Assembly: GCA_049670805.1 (NCBI GenBank)
Contig: JBATTW010000385.1
Coordinates: forward strand, 18,007-82,006
Direction: 5' to 3'
Source: Bacteroidota bacterium
Lineage (GTDB): Bacteria > Bacteroidota > Ignavibacteria > UBA10030 > UBA6906
DNA length: 64,000 bases
Part shown: piece by piece, positions 1 to 9,520 of the stretch
How positions within the stretch are numbered: the stretch's first letter is position 1
How the letters are laid out: each line of letters starts with the position of its first letter
Program-made: the position numbers and the translations under genes
The notes under the pieces: model-generated
Told to the model about the DNA's origin: nothing
Databases searched by the model: none
Seen by the model: the letters and a program-made list of their open reading frames with translations, nothing else

Positions 1-55
1 CCGTTGAGAAGAGCTTCACCGCACGGAGGTCACCCAGAAGCTCTGCCAGGTGCAT
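1..55 (-). CDS. murE: UDP-N-acetylmuramoyl-tripeptide ligase MurE, N-terminal fragment only (gene runs off window start)
   Basis: Minus-strand reading from 55 gives ATG then MHLAELLGDLRAVKLFST. The ATG overlaps the ftsI TGA stop (TGATG). Position right after ftsI matches dcw-cluster order. Only 18 codons are visible. Confidence 0.35.
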   Translation of the reverse strand, partial: MHLAELLGDLRAVKLFST

Positions 56-2226
56 CACATCCGTACCAGCGAGAGGTTCTTTGGTTCGCACCGAACGACT
101 ATCCGTGTCCCCGATGCTACCTCCCGACCCGGCGACGGGCTTTGCGACACAACGACACCCGATCCCTTGACGCTTACATCCAGCCGGCAGACGGCAAGAC
201 TGTTGATCGCCCGACGCAGGGGTAGACCGCGCACATCCGGAATGATGGTGAACCCAGGACGCGACCGCGAATCATTCTCCTCGGTCTGGAGCCGCACATC
301 CGCACCCCTCTCCTGGACTGTCCCGGGGGCGGGATCCTGATCCCGCACCATCGAACCCTCTCCCTGGACTTCTACATCAAAGCCCTGAGAGGTCAGCAGT
401 TCTCGTGCGACATCTGTCTTCAGGCTCATTACATCCGGCACAGCGTGTCCTTTCCCGGTCTCTCCTGATGGATACCGGGCAAACCGCTGAGACATGGTAT
501 AAACTGTCCGAGCAATTTCTTTGAATATTGGAGCGCTGGCTGATCCACCGGTGTACGCTCCCGCGCGGGGTTTGTCGAGCATCACCAGACAAACAACCTT
601 CGGATCCTCCGCGGGAAAGAAGCCAACGAACGATGCTGTGTAGCTTCCACGCTCATACTTCCCGGAGACAAACTTCCTCGCAGTACCTGTCTTCCCTGCA
701 ACTCGAAGACCCTGGACTCTCGCAGATTTCCCGGTGCCTTGCTCAACAACGCCTTCCAGAAAACCGGTGAGCGTGTGCGCTGTCTCTGCTGATACGACCT
801 TCCGAATCTTCTGGGGGTGAACCTCGAAAATAACTTCGCCGCTCTGGTCAATGACCCGTTTGACAACAAACGGCCTCATCAATACACCGCCGTTTGCCAC
901 CGCGGCGTAGGCAGCCGCTATTTGAAGCGGTGTTACCCCCACTTCATAACCATACGCCATGCTGTTCAATGTTGTCCCCGACCATTCTGTCGGCTTCTTC
1001 AATTGGCCACCAACCTCACCGGGGAGCTCGATCCCCGTTTCGGAGCCGAACCCGAAGTTCCGAGCCATCGTGTACAGCCTCTCCGCACCCACCCGATCTG
1101 AAATCTTTGCCATCACGATGTTGCTCGAGAGTTCGATTGCCTCCCGGAACGAAATCATCCCGTAGGGGTGGATATCGTTTATCGTTCGCGGCTTCTCCCG
1201 GGGTAGACGGATAACGTACTCTCCCTGCTCTCCAGAGAACTTCTGCTCCGGTTTCACCAGCCCGTGTTCCAGAGCGGCCGCCGCCGTGACAAGTTTGAAG
1301 ACCGAGCCGGGTTCGAACATATCGGTTATGACCCTGTTCTTCGAGGGCTCGCCGAGGCTCCTCGACACCAGCGCGGGGTTTAGCGAAGGGAAGTTTGCCA
1401 GCGCGAGTACTTCCCCGGTCACGGGGTCCATCATAATGGCAAGACCTCTCTCCGCTTTTGTCCGCTCGACCCCTCTTTCAAGTTCCTCCTCGACAATGGA
1501 CTGGTACCCGATATCAATCGTCAAAACGACATCGTCCCCATCCGTGGGCTCCGTTCGCGGATAGTCCACCGAGGGCAGCCGCCGGCCTCGCACGTCCCGC
1601 TGCATGATGACGTGTCCATCCCTCCCCTTGAGGCGGTCATTTAGGAAAAGTTCTATTCCATCAAGGCCGTTGTTGTCAACGTCGGTGAATCCGATAATCT
1701 GACTCCCCAGCTGACCATAGTGGTAGAGGCGCTTTGGTTCCGTCATCTCAATGATACCTGCGAGCGACGACGCCTTAATGCGTTTGGAGTCCTCCGGGTG
1801 TACCCGTCGCTCAAGCCAGACAAACCGTCGGTCGGTCCCCGTGAGACGAGAGAGATACCACGACGATGCTTTGTTGAAGACAAACGCAAACCGACGCGCA
1901 ACATCCCCGGCGGCGGGTCCCACGTTTTTCGGGTCCGCACCGTACGACACCAACAACGTGTTGGAAACGAGGAGTTTGGTAGACCGATCATATATCTTAC
2001 CCCGCACAGCCGGGAGTACAACCACCGCCTCATGCTGACGGCGGGCAATCTCCTGATACCTGGACGCATCAACAACCTGAATTTGAACGAGCCGGGCAAC
2101 AACCCCGAGAAAAAAAAGAAGGAACAGCACTTTCACCACACCAGCCCGGCGCAAGAAGAGCCTGCGCCGCATCGCCGGCCCATTCTTCTTATTTCCCGCA
2201 CGGGGCTTTCTGTTTTCCTGTGTCAC
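55..2226 (-). CDS. ftsI: Peptidoglycan D,D-transpeptidase FtsI (class B PBP) with two C-terminal PASTA domains
   Basis: 723-aa ORF with N-terminal TM anchor, PBP dimerisation and transpeptidase regions, and two tandem ~65-aa PASTA-like repeats at the C-terminus. Lies between ftsL and murE. Confidence 0.9.
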   Translation of the reverse strand: MTQENRKPRAGNKKNGPAMRRRLFLRRAGVVKVLFLLFFLGVVARLVQIQVVDASRYQEIARRQHEAVVVLPAVRGKIYDRSTKLLVSNTLLVSYGADPKNVGPAAGDVARRFAFVFNKASSWYLSRLTGTDRRFVWLERRVHPEDSKRIKASSLAGIIEMTEPKRLYHYGQLGSQIIGFTDVDNNGLDGIELFLNDRLKGRDGHVIMQRDVRGRRLPSVDYPRTEPTDGDDVVLTIDIGYQSIVEEELERGVERTKAERGLAIMMDPVTGEVLALANFPSLNPALVSRSLGEPSKNRVITDMFEPGSVFKLVTAAAALEHGLVKPEQKFSGEQGEYVIRLPREKPRTINDIHPYGMISFREAIELSSNIVMAKISDRVGAERLYTMARNFGFGSETGIELPGEVGGQLKKPTEWSGTTLNSMAYGYEVGVTPLQIAAAYAAVANGGVLMRPFVVKRVIDQSGEVIFEVHPQKIRKVVSAETAHTLTGFLEGVVEQGTGKSARVQGLRVAGKTGTARKFVSGKYERGSYTASFVGFFPAEDPKVVCLVMLDKPRAGAYTGGSASAPIFKEIARTVYTMSQRFARYPSGETGKGHAVPDVMSLKTDVARELLTSQGFDVEVQGEGSMVRDQDPAPGTVQERGADVRLQTEENDSRSRPGFTIIPDVRGLPLRRAINSLAVCRLDVSVKGSGVVVSQSPSPGREVASGTRIVVRCEPKNLSLVRM

Positions 2227-2675
2227 TGTTGTTTCCGTCTGTTGCGAAGATCTTTCGCGAGTTCATGGTCAATACGAAAATACGTCGCCGGTTCTGCGGG
2301 GTGCTGCAGCTGCAGCTCCTTGGCGGCAAATGCACTGATGCGACCGCGGGATGATTTCTTGCTCACTTCAGCGCGCAACACACCGTTTGCATGGGTCAGC
2401 GAGTCATGCCGCACTTCCAACCGGTTGATATCATACGCCAGCCGGTTCACCACGATGATGTTGTTGACGTAGTACACAATGGCAACACCGGCAATAACAA
2501 GAGCGAGCAGGAGACTAAACGTAGACTTTCGTCTTCCGGTGACCTTTTTGTTCGCGCGGGGAAGAAACCCGCCGGTGGCAATGCGTGGGTCACCGCCGTA
2601 CACATACCGGTGTTCCCGGTATGGCTGACGATTCGGTCTGGTCAGCGTTTCCTGGTTCGGCTGTACATCCATCAA
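2223..2675 (-). CDS. ftsL: Cell division protein FtsL
   Basis: 150-aa single-TM coiled-coil protein between rsmH and ftsI. ATGA overlaps with both neighbours. Confidence 0.7.
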   Translation of the reverse strand: MMDVQPNQETLTRPNRQPYREHRYVYGGDPRIATGGFLPRANKKVTGRRKSTFSLLLALVIAGVAIVYYVNNIIVVNRLAYDINRLEVRHDSLTHANGVLRAEVSKKSSRGRISAFAAKELQLQHPAEPATYFRIDHELAKDLRNRRKQQ

Positions 2676-3628
2676 TAGTGGTCCCCGGGTACCCGAAGAC
2701 GTGTAGCTACCCGCATCTTGGCGCTACGCGCCCGTGGATTGCTCCGTATTTCCTCAGCGTCGGGAATGACGGGTTTCCGATGCAGAATCTGCAACGCGGG
2801 CAGCCGCTCCTCATCAGGCACATATACGTGAGGAGAGCGAACAACCCTTGCGGACTCCCTCTTCAAAAAGTTCTTGACTATCCTGTCCTCAAGCGAGTGG
2901 TAGGCAATGACAACCAGCCGCCCCCCGGGTTCGAGCTTTGCCATCGAGTCGAGGAGAACTCTAGAAAGGTTGGCAAGTTCCGCGTTCACCTCTATCCGCA
3001 GCGCCTGAAAGACGCGCGCCAAGGACTTTGTCAAAAACCGCCCACCGACAACTGAGGAAACCGCAGTACACAGCTCTCTACTCGTCAAGAGAGGTCTGCG
3101 CGCGATAATAGCCTTTGTAATCTTCCGGGAGTACCTCTCCTCACCGTACTCACGGATGATCCGCTCGAGAGCATCCTCCGCATATGCATTCACTACATCC
3201 CGGGCCGTCAGGTCTTGCCTGCGATCAAACCGCATGTCCAGCTGGCCGTCCGCCTGGAAGCTGAATCCTTTCTCAGGTCTGTCGATCTGGAACGATGACA
3301 CACCGAGATCGAGCAGTATGCCGCTGACAGCACCGATCCCACGTCCATCAAGCTCTGCGGCCAGGCAACTGGCGTTCGCGTGTACGAAGGAGACAGCCCC
3401 GCCGTATTCTCTCAGACGCTTACGTGCATGATCGATTGCGTCGTCATCCGCATCAAAACATATCAATCGACCCCGTGGAACCAACCGCCTGCAGATTGCC
3501 TCGGCGTGACCACCGCCGCCGACGGTTCCATCCACATAGATCCCGCCGAGATCGGTTAGCAGATAGTCTACCGTCTTTTCGCAGAGAACCGGTTCATGAA
3601 AAGACACAGCTCTCACTCTACAGGACAA
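2672..3628 (-). CDS. rsmH: 16S rRNA (cytosine1402-N4)-methyltransferase RsmH (MraW)
   Basis: 318 aa with SAM-binding GGGGH motif and the typical RsmH N-terminus (HEPVL). Sits in the dcw cluster after mraZ. Confidence 0.9.
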   Translation of the reverse strand: MSCRVRAVSFHEPVLCEKTVDYLLTDLGGIYVDGTVGGGGHAEAICRRLVPRGRLICFDADDDAIDHARKRLREYGGAVSFVHANASCLAAELDGRGIGAVSGILLDLGVSSFQIDRPEKGFSFQADGQLDMRFDRRQDLTARDVVNAYAEDALERIIREYGEERYSRKITKAIIARRPLLTSRELCTAVSSVVGGRFLTKSLARVFQALRIEVNAELANLSRVLLDSMAKLEPGGRLVVIAYHSLEDRIVKNFLKRESARVVRSPHVYVPDEERLPALQILHRKPVIPDAEEIRSNPRARSAKMRVATRLRVPGDHY

Positions 3629-3655
3629 TGACTGTGCACAGTGTGAACCACGAAG

Positions 3656-4099
3656 CTACTTTTGCAGAACTGTCTGTGCAACGTTTTCGTAGCTTTCAGA
3701 CTGCGACTTCTGGTACTCACGATAGACTGACGGATTCCATACCTCGATCCGCTCGAGGACCCCGAGGATCAGCACCTCGTTCTCGATTCCGGCAAATTGG
3801 AGAAGCTCTTTCGGTATGGTAATGCGGGACTGGCCGTCGAGCTGACACTCTGTGGCCCGCTCAAGCAGGGTGCGCATAAAGAATCTGTGTTTCGGATTGG
3901 TAGTGCTGAGCTCACGGATGGATTGCTCGAGTGTATTCCACTCGTCCAGAGGATAGACAAACAAGCACTGCTCGTAGCCTCTTGTGACAACAAACGTATC
4001 CTTTGCATCCAGCGAGACGTAGCGTCGCAGTCTGGCCGGTATGTTGATTCGACCCTTGTTGTCAACAGAGTATTCGTATGAACCCTTGAAGGAGGACAT
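3656..4099 (-). CDS. mraZ: Transcriptional regulator MraZ
   Basis: 147 aa with duplicated MraZ/UPF0040 halves and N-terminal MSSFKGSYEYSVDNKGRINIPARLR. First gene of the dcw cluster. Confidence 0.9.
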   Translation of the reverse strand: MSSFKGSYEYSVDNKGRINIPARLRRYVSLDAKDTFVVTRGYEQCLFVYPLDEWNTLEQSIRELSTTNPKHRFFMRTLLERATECQLDGQSRITIPKELLQFAGIENEVLILGVLERIEVWNPSVYREYQKSQSESYENVAQTVLQK

Positions 4100-4122
4100 A
4101 TCGGCCTATACGAGCAAATTTC

Positions 4123-4150
4123 TACCCACCAGGTACCCACTTTTACCCAC
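4123..4150 (-). promoter_or_regulatory. Putative MraZ operator: three direct GTGGGTA repeats (TACCCAC on plus) with 10-11 bp spacing, about 24 bp upstream of the mraZ start
   Basis: Plus strand reads tcTACCCACcaggTACCCACttttTACCCAC. MraZ proteins are known to bind direct GTGGG-type repeats at helical periodicity in their own promoter. Confidence 0.55.
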
Positions 4151-4161
4151 TGCGTGAAGTT

Positions 4162-4189
4162 AAGATACGGAATTGGGCTTGAATGTCAA
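4162..4189 (-). promoter_or_regulatory. Candidate sigma70-type promoter for the dcw cluster (TTGACA-16-TATCTT on minus strand), just upstream of the MraZ repeats
   Basis: Reverse complement of 4184-4189 is TTGACA and of 4162-4167 is TATCTT, with a 16-nt spacer. Confidence 0.25.
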
Positions 4190-4258
4190 GTGACACAGGC
4201 GAAAAATAGTCAAAATGAGGGGATTTGGGTTGGGGGGAGATTACAAACCGGGTTGGAC

Positions 4259-7200
4259 TTACCCACCGGCGAGACTGTCAAGCAGTTGGAGAACCTCGAT
4301 GGTCGGGTTCGGTGAGTCTGTGGAGATGGCCCGGGTCACTGTGAGCCGGAGAGACTCACCGTCCTTCTGCAGGCGAGCACCCTGTGCCTTGAGCCCTGGA
4401 ATGGCAGACATGATCTGCTGAAAGCTCTCACCGTCATAGAAATTGGAATCTCCCTCCGGCGGGAATTCCAGCTCCACAGCATTTTCGGCGATGCGCACCT
4501 TCGAGAAGCCGATCCTTGCCGCTTCGATTCTTACCGCAATAGCACCAAAGAGGTTCTCTGCCTCCGCGGGATGTTTTCCAAACCGATCTTTCATTTCTTC
4601 CACGACCTCCGCAAGCTGAACGGAACTCGTCAGGTCATACAGCCGCCGGTAGAGTGTGAGCCGTTCCTGGTCGTTCTCGACATACGATTCCGGAATGTAT
4701 GCATCACAGTCCACATCCACCACTGTCCCCTCGAGCCGTTGTGGACCCGGACGTTCACCACGGAACAGATCCTGAAACTCACCCTGCTTCACCTCCAGCA
4801 CCGCCTCTTCGAGGATCTTCGTGTACGTCTCGAAACCCATGCTCTCGATAAAGCCGCTCTGTTCGCTTCCCAGAAGGTTTCCAGCACCGCGAATTTCCAG
4901 ATCGCGCATGGCAAGATTGAATCCCGAGCCGAGCTCTGTGAATTCCTGCATTGCTCGCAATCGCTGCACTGTTGAATTCGGCATCATGGACACCGGCGGC
5001 GCGAGCAAATAGGCATAGGCCTGCACGTTCGATCTCCCAACCCTCCCACGCAGCTGATACAGTTCCGCCATGCCAAATCGGTCGGCTCTGTTTACGATAA
5101 TGGTATTCACGTTCGGGATATCCAGACCCGATTCAATGATCTTCGTCGCAACCAAAACATCGACCTTCCGTTCCAGAAACTCCACCATAACCTCTTCCAG
5201 GTCTCGCGCACTCATCTGCCCGTGTGCGTACTGGATTCGCACACCTGGAAGGAGGTCCTGTACCCGCTCCGTTATTTCCTCGATGTTCCGTACACGATCG
5301 TGGACAAAATAGACCTGGCCTCCACGGTCAACCTCCCTCACCACCGCCTCTCTAATGAGCTCGTCGTCCCAGCCCCTGATCTCCGTCACAATGGGAAGTC
5401 GATTTCTCGGCGGCGTCCCAATAATTGACAGGTCGCGCGCACCCATAAGGGAAAAATGAAGCGTCCGGGGTATAGGGGTCGCTGTCAGCGCCAGCGTGTC
5501 GACATCGGCCCGCAGCTGTCGTAGCTTCTCCTTCGCAGCAACCCCAAACCGGTGCTCCTCATCAACAATCAGAAGGCCAAGGTTCTTAAAAACCACGTCT
5601 CGTGAGAGGAGCCGATGCGTCCCGATCACAATATCCACCGATCCCGCCTTGAGGCCATCGAGAGTAGCTGCCTGTGCTTTTTTTGTTTTGAACCGGGACA
5701 ACACCTGAACGTTCACACCGTACCGCGAAATCCGGTCAACAAATGTCTTCTGGTGCTGCATCGCCAAGATTGTCGTTGGTACGAGCACGGCTGTTTGTTT
5801 TCCCCCGAGCACAGCCTTGAACGCCGCACGCACAGCCACCTCTGTCTTTCCAAACCCCACATCGCCGCAGATCAGTCTGTCCATGGGGAACGCTTCCTCC
5901 ATGTCTTGCTTGACCTCATGTGTGGCCTTTGCCTGGTCGAACGTGTCCTCGTACATGAAGGATGCCTCCAGCTCTCTCTGCCACAGCGCATCCCCGGGGA
6001 AAACGAAGCCGGGCGACTGCTTCCGTTTCGCGTAGAGCGCAATCAGTTCGCGAGCAATATCTTTGACGCGTTTTTTTGCTCGCGATCTCAGCCGGTTCCA
6101 GTCGGGACTACCCAGTCGCGACAATCTCGGGGTATGACCTTCTTTTGAGGAATATTTTTGCAGCCTGCTAATGTAGTTCAGATTGACATAGAGAGTGTCG
6201 TCTCCCTCGTATCGGACCGTTATTACTTCCTGCTCGACATTATTGACTTTGATCTTCTTCAGCCGCTCGAATCTCCCGATGCCGTACTCCTCGTGAACAA
6301 CGAAGTCACCCCTCCGAAGCTGATGAACATCCCGATCGGTGAAGCCTCTGAACGTCGGTCTTCTCCTCTTACCTCTCCGCTTCAACCGATTGAAGATCTG
6401 GTGTTCGGTGAAAAACGCCAGTCTTCCCTCCGGGATTACAAATCCTTCGTGCAATGTTTCACGGGAGAACTCTAGCCTTTCGAGGTCAACTGCATCATCG
6501 ATCAGCCGCGCGGACCCGGGCTCCATGGTCTCGCCTTCGATCGAGCTCAGCAGTTCCTTGAGCCTCTGCTGTTCCGAAGGGCTGTCACACGAGATAATCA
6601 CCGCATGTTGGTGCCGGAGTAGATCTGCAAGCGCTGCCCGGAGAAGCTTGACGCTGGCATTGAATGCCGGTTGAGGTGCGGAGCGGAAATCTACATCAAC
6701 CCGCGAGCTGCCACCGGTGGGTCGGAAGTGAACCTGTGGAAGCTCGTCAACCCGACGGGCGATCGCCTCACGCGAGATCGTGAGGGAATGTTCTTCTGTA
6801 TATGGATGTCCGGAGACCGTTTGAATTAGCTCCGGCTCCTCCAGAACGACGACTACGGTTCGCCCGGCGTAGTCAAAGAGGGTGGTCTGGCCCGACGATA
6901 GTGGTTCACCTGTTTCAGCATCCGGAAGGAGATCGGCTACAATGGTTGCAGCGGCAAGCTCCCGTATAGATCTCTGCGACAGCACATCGAATTCCCTGAT
7001 AGACTCCAGAAGATCACCAAAGAACTCGAGTCGTACCGGATTCTCACCCGCGAAAGGATATATATCGAGAATACCTCCGCGCTGCGCGTAGTCTCCGTAT
7101 TGTTCAACATAATCTTTCTTCTCAAAGCCCAGCGTCTCCAGCCTCGCGATCAGACGCGAGAAGGGTTCCTCACTCCCCTCCTCCACAGTGAAGAACCTTC

Positions 7201-7606
7201 CCGCAGCGGCAGCCGGAGGAGGTAGCGGAACAAGAAGGGCGCGGGGGTAGGTTACAATCACGGATGTCTGGTGAAGCAGCATTGAGCGGAGTGCCGCGGT
7301 GTCAGCGGTATCCCGCACATTGTCTCCGCCGCCACGCCGGTGGCCGGCGCCAAAGAACTGCACAGCGTCCTTCCCCAGGCACTGAGCACAGTCATCGCGC
7401 CAGCGTTCGGCAGTCTCCCTGTCGCGTGAGACGATAACGAATTGACGCTGGAGCCGCTCCTGGAGGCACGACAGCAGGACAGCAGACAGTGAACCGCTAA
7501 CACCGCCGAGGACGACAGAACTCCCTGCCGTCATTCTCTTTGCACGATCCAGCAGCTGGGTGAATGCTGGGAGCCCTGTTACCGCTTCCTTGAGATGTTC
7601 AATCAT
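4259..7606 (-). CDS. mfd: Transcription-repair coupling factor Mfd
   Basis: 1115 aa with UvrB-homology N-terminus, a CarD/TRCF domain, a superfamily-2 helicase core (GFGKTEVA Walker A, DEEH) and a TRCF C-terminus. Confidence 0.93.
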   Translation of the reverse strand: MIEHLKEAVTGLPAFTQLLDRAKRMTAGSSVVLGGVSGSLSAVLLSCLQERLQRQFVIVSRDRETAERWRDDCAQCLGKDAVQFFGAGHRRGGGDNVRDTADTAALRSMLLHQTSVIVTYPRALLVPLPPPAAAAGRFFTVEEGSEEPFSRLIARLETLGFEKKDYVEQYGDYAQRGGILDIYPFAGENPVRLEFFGDLLESIREFDVLSQRSIRELAAATIVADLLPDAETGEPLSSGQTTLFDYAGRTVVVVLEEPELIQTVSGHPYTEEHSLTISREAIARRVDELPQVHFRPTGGSSRVDVDFRSAPQPAFNASVKLLRAALADLLRHQHAVIISCDSPSEQQRLKELLSSIEGETMEPGSARLIDDAVDLERLEFSRETLHEGFVIPEGRLAFFTEHQIFNRLKRRGKRRRPTFRGFTDRDVHQLRRGDFVVHEEYGIGRFERLKKIKVNNVEQEVITVRYEGDDTLYVNLNYISRLQKYSSKEGHTPRLSRLGSPDWNRLRSRAKKRVKDIARELIALYAKRKQSPGFVFPGDALWQRELEASFMYEDTFDQAKATHEVKQDMEEAFPMDRLICGDVGFGKTEVAVRAAFKAVLGGKQTAVLVPTTILAMQHQKTFVDRISRYGVNVQVLSRFKTKKAQAATLDGLKAGSVDIVIGTHRLLSRDVVFKNLGLLIVDEEHRFGVAAKEKLRQLRADVDTLALTATPIPRTLHFSLMGARDLSIIGTPPRNRLPIVTEIRGWDDELIREAVVREVDRGGQVYFVHDRVRNIEEITERVQDLLPGVRIQYAHGQMSARDLEEVMVEFLERKVDVLVATKIIESGLDIPNVNTIIVNRADRFGMAELYQLRGRVGRSNVQAYAYLLAPPVSMMPNSTVQRLRAMQEFTELGSGFNLAMRDLEIRGAGNLLGSEQSGFIESMGFETYTKILEEAVLEVKQGEFQDLFRGERPGPQRLEGTVVDVDCDAYIPESYVENDQERLTLYRRLYDLTSSVQLAEVVEEMKDRFGKHPAEAENLFGAIAVRIEAARIGFSKVRIAENAVELEFPPEGDSNFYDGESFQQIMSAIPGLKAQGARLQKDGESLRLTVTRAISTDSPNPTIEVLQLLDSLAGG

Positions 7607-7701
7607 AGCAGAGATAGTTGACGCACAACGCCCCCCCCCACCCCGTGTAATCGTACCTGAACACGCGGGCCGGGGAGACCTCCTATTGGGGCCACCGACA
7701 G

Positions 7702-8622
7702 CTACGATCGCTTGCGTCCGGCCAGTCTGACAAACCCATCGGCCTCTTCGATGAGGCGCCGGGCTTCGCCGGCCGATACTCCAGCCTGGATCATCACGAG
7801 CGCCGTCTTTACATGCCCTTCGGCTCCCCGCAGATGCTCCTCCGCGGTCGTGTAATCCACACCCGTTGCTAACATGATTATCCTTTTTGCCCGCTCCACA
7901 AGCTTGTTGTTGGTGAGCTGGAGATCCACCATCATGTTCTCATATACCTTCCCCAGTCTGACCATGGCCGTTGTCGTAACCATGTTGAGCACCAGTTTTT
8001 GTGCTGTGCCCGATTTCATTCGGGTCGATCCCATAAGGACCTCCGGGCCAACCTCCGGACAGATGGCCACATCGACCGCCAGATCGAACTCCGATCGCGG
8101 ATTGGTTGTCACATAGATTGTCCGGGCACCCAGCTCACGCGCACGGGCCACCGCGGTAACCACATAGGGTGTTCTCCTGCTTGCCGCGATCCCGCACACC
8201 GTATCTCTTTCACACACCCCTTCTGCATCTACGTCTCTCCGGGCTTGGCTGATATCGTCCTCGGCACCTTCCTGTGAACGAAACATCGCTCTGTTACCCC
8301 CGGCTATCACCCCCCGAACAAGGTTTGCATCTGTTCCAAACGTCGGAGGACATTCCGACGCATCAACCACACCCAGTCTCCCGCTGGTTCCAGCACCAAA
8401 ATAGAGAAGACGTCCACCCCCTCGTAGAGAAGCAACAACCAGATCCACCGCTCTCTCTATATATGGTATCTCTCGCTCTACAGCGATTGGAACGAGCTTG
8501 TCCTGCGAATTGATGAGCCGAAGAATACCCCGGGTGGAGAGAAGATCCAGATCCATCGAGTCGGGGTTTCGTTGTTCTGTCAGCAGTCGGGAGAGAGCGT
8601 CAGAAAGAGATGCCTTGGACAT
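7702..8622 (-). CDS. murQ: N-acetylmuramic acid 6-phosphate etherase MurQ (SIS domain)
   Basis: 306-aa SIS-domain protein with the characteristic MurQ N-terminus (LxTEQRN.S..LD) and GAGTSGRLG motif. Confidence 0.85.
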   Translation of the reverse strand: MSKASLSDALSRLLTEQRNPDSMDLDLLSTRGILRLINSQDKLVPIAVEREIPYIERAVDLVVASLRGGGRLLYFGAGTSGRLGVVDASECPPTFGTDANLVRGVIAGGNRAMFRSQEGAEDDISQARRDVDAEGVCERDTVCGIAASRRTPYVVTAVARARELGARTIYVTTNPRSEFDLAVDVAICPEVGPEVLMGSTRMKSGTAQKLVLNMVTTTAMVRLGKVYENMMVDLQLTNNKLVERAKRIIMLATGVDYTTAEEHLRGAEGHVKTALVMIQAGVSAGEARRLIEEADGFVRLAGRKRS

Positions 8623-8769
8623 ATCGCAATAACGGAAGTGTGGAATGAATGAAATTGACTGGAAGAAGATACGAAGCGTTCAGGACATCAGCACGTCGTC
8701 CCCCGCGCGGGGAAGAAGATCCGCCTCAAGGTCAGCTTCGACCGATCTAAACGGCAACCCTGCAGCTTC

Positions 8770-9495
8770 TCACTCAAACCTGACAACGACCAGCTGTTTC
8801 TTTTCAAAACCGGGCGAGTGACCTCCCTCGATGACAAGAGGGAGAACGTCAATCGTCTCCCGGTGAAACTTTCTGGACGCATGTTCGATTTCATCCTCCA
8901 GATCTCCTCCCTTCCATGCCAGAAGACAGGGTGCATCCAACAGTCTCTTTGGCGCCCGGTCTCTCTGCTCTCCGTTCCTGGTTGGCTCTCCCTCCTGCCT
9001 GCGCAGGAACGGTCTGGACCAGCGAATGAGATCGACCAACGGGGCAACTCCACGTGCCAGTACCGCAGAGAACCGCGACGCGTATTCCCCCTTGGTCCCA
9101 ACGTCTTCAGCTCTGCCATTCAGCACTTGCACGTTCGGTAGCTCTAGCTCGGTACAGATTTCTGTCAGGGCTTTCGTCTTTTTCTGTATCGAATCCAGAA
9201 GCACAATGCTCAGGTCGGTCCGCAGGATGGCCAGGGGAATCCCGGGGAGTCCCCCGCCCGAACCGATATCCAGAATGGCCCAGCCGGAAGGTAGCCAAAC
9301 ATGGAACCAGGGTGCAAGAGAATGGAGGATGTGGCTGAACCAGATGTTCTCAACATCCCGCCGAGAGACAAGGTTGATTTTTGAGTTCCACGTGCTCAGC
9401 AGGTCAACATATTGACGAACCAGCTCGAATTGCCCGGCGTCAACCGGCAGACCGTTCTTCCGGCAGATCCTGAGAAACTCTTGAGGATGGTCCAC
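8770..9495 (-). CDS. rsmG: 16S rRNA (guanine527-N7)-methyltransferase RsmG (GidB)
   Basis: 241 aa with SAM motif DIGSGGGLPG, located downstream of mnmG. Confidence 0.88.
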   Translation of the reverse strand: MDHPQEFLRICRKNGLPVDAGQFELVRQYVDLLSTWNSKINLVSRRDVENIWFSHILHSLAPWFHVWLPSGWAILDIGSGGGLPGIPLAILRTDLSIVLLDSIQKKTKALTEICTELELPNVQVLNGRAEDVGTKGEYASRFSAVLARGVAPLVDLIRWSRPFLRRQEGEPTRNGEQRDRAPKRLLDAPCLLAWKGGDLEDEIEHASRKFHRETIDVLPLVIEGGHSPGFEKKQLVVVRFE

Positions 9496-9520
9496 TGGTC
9501 CTCCTGTTTCACGTGAAACA

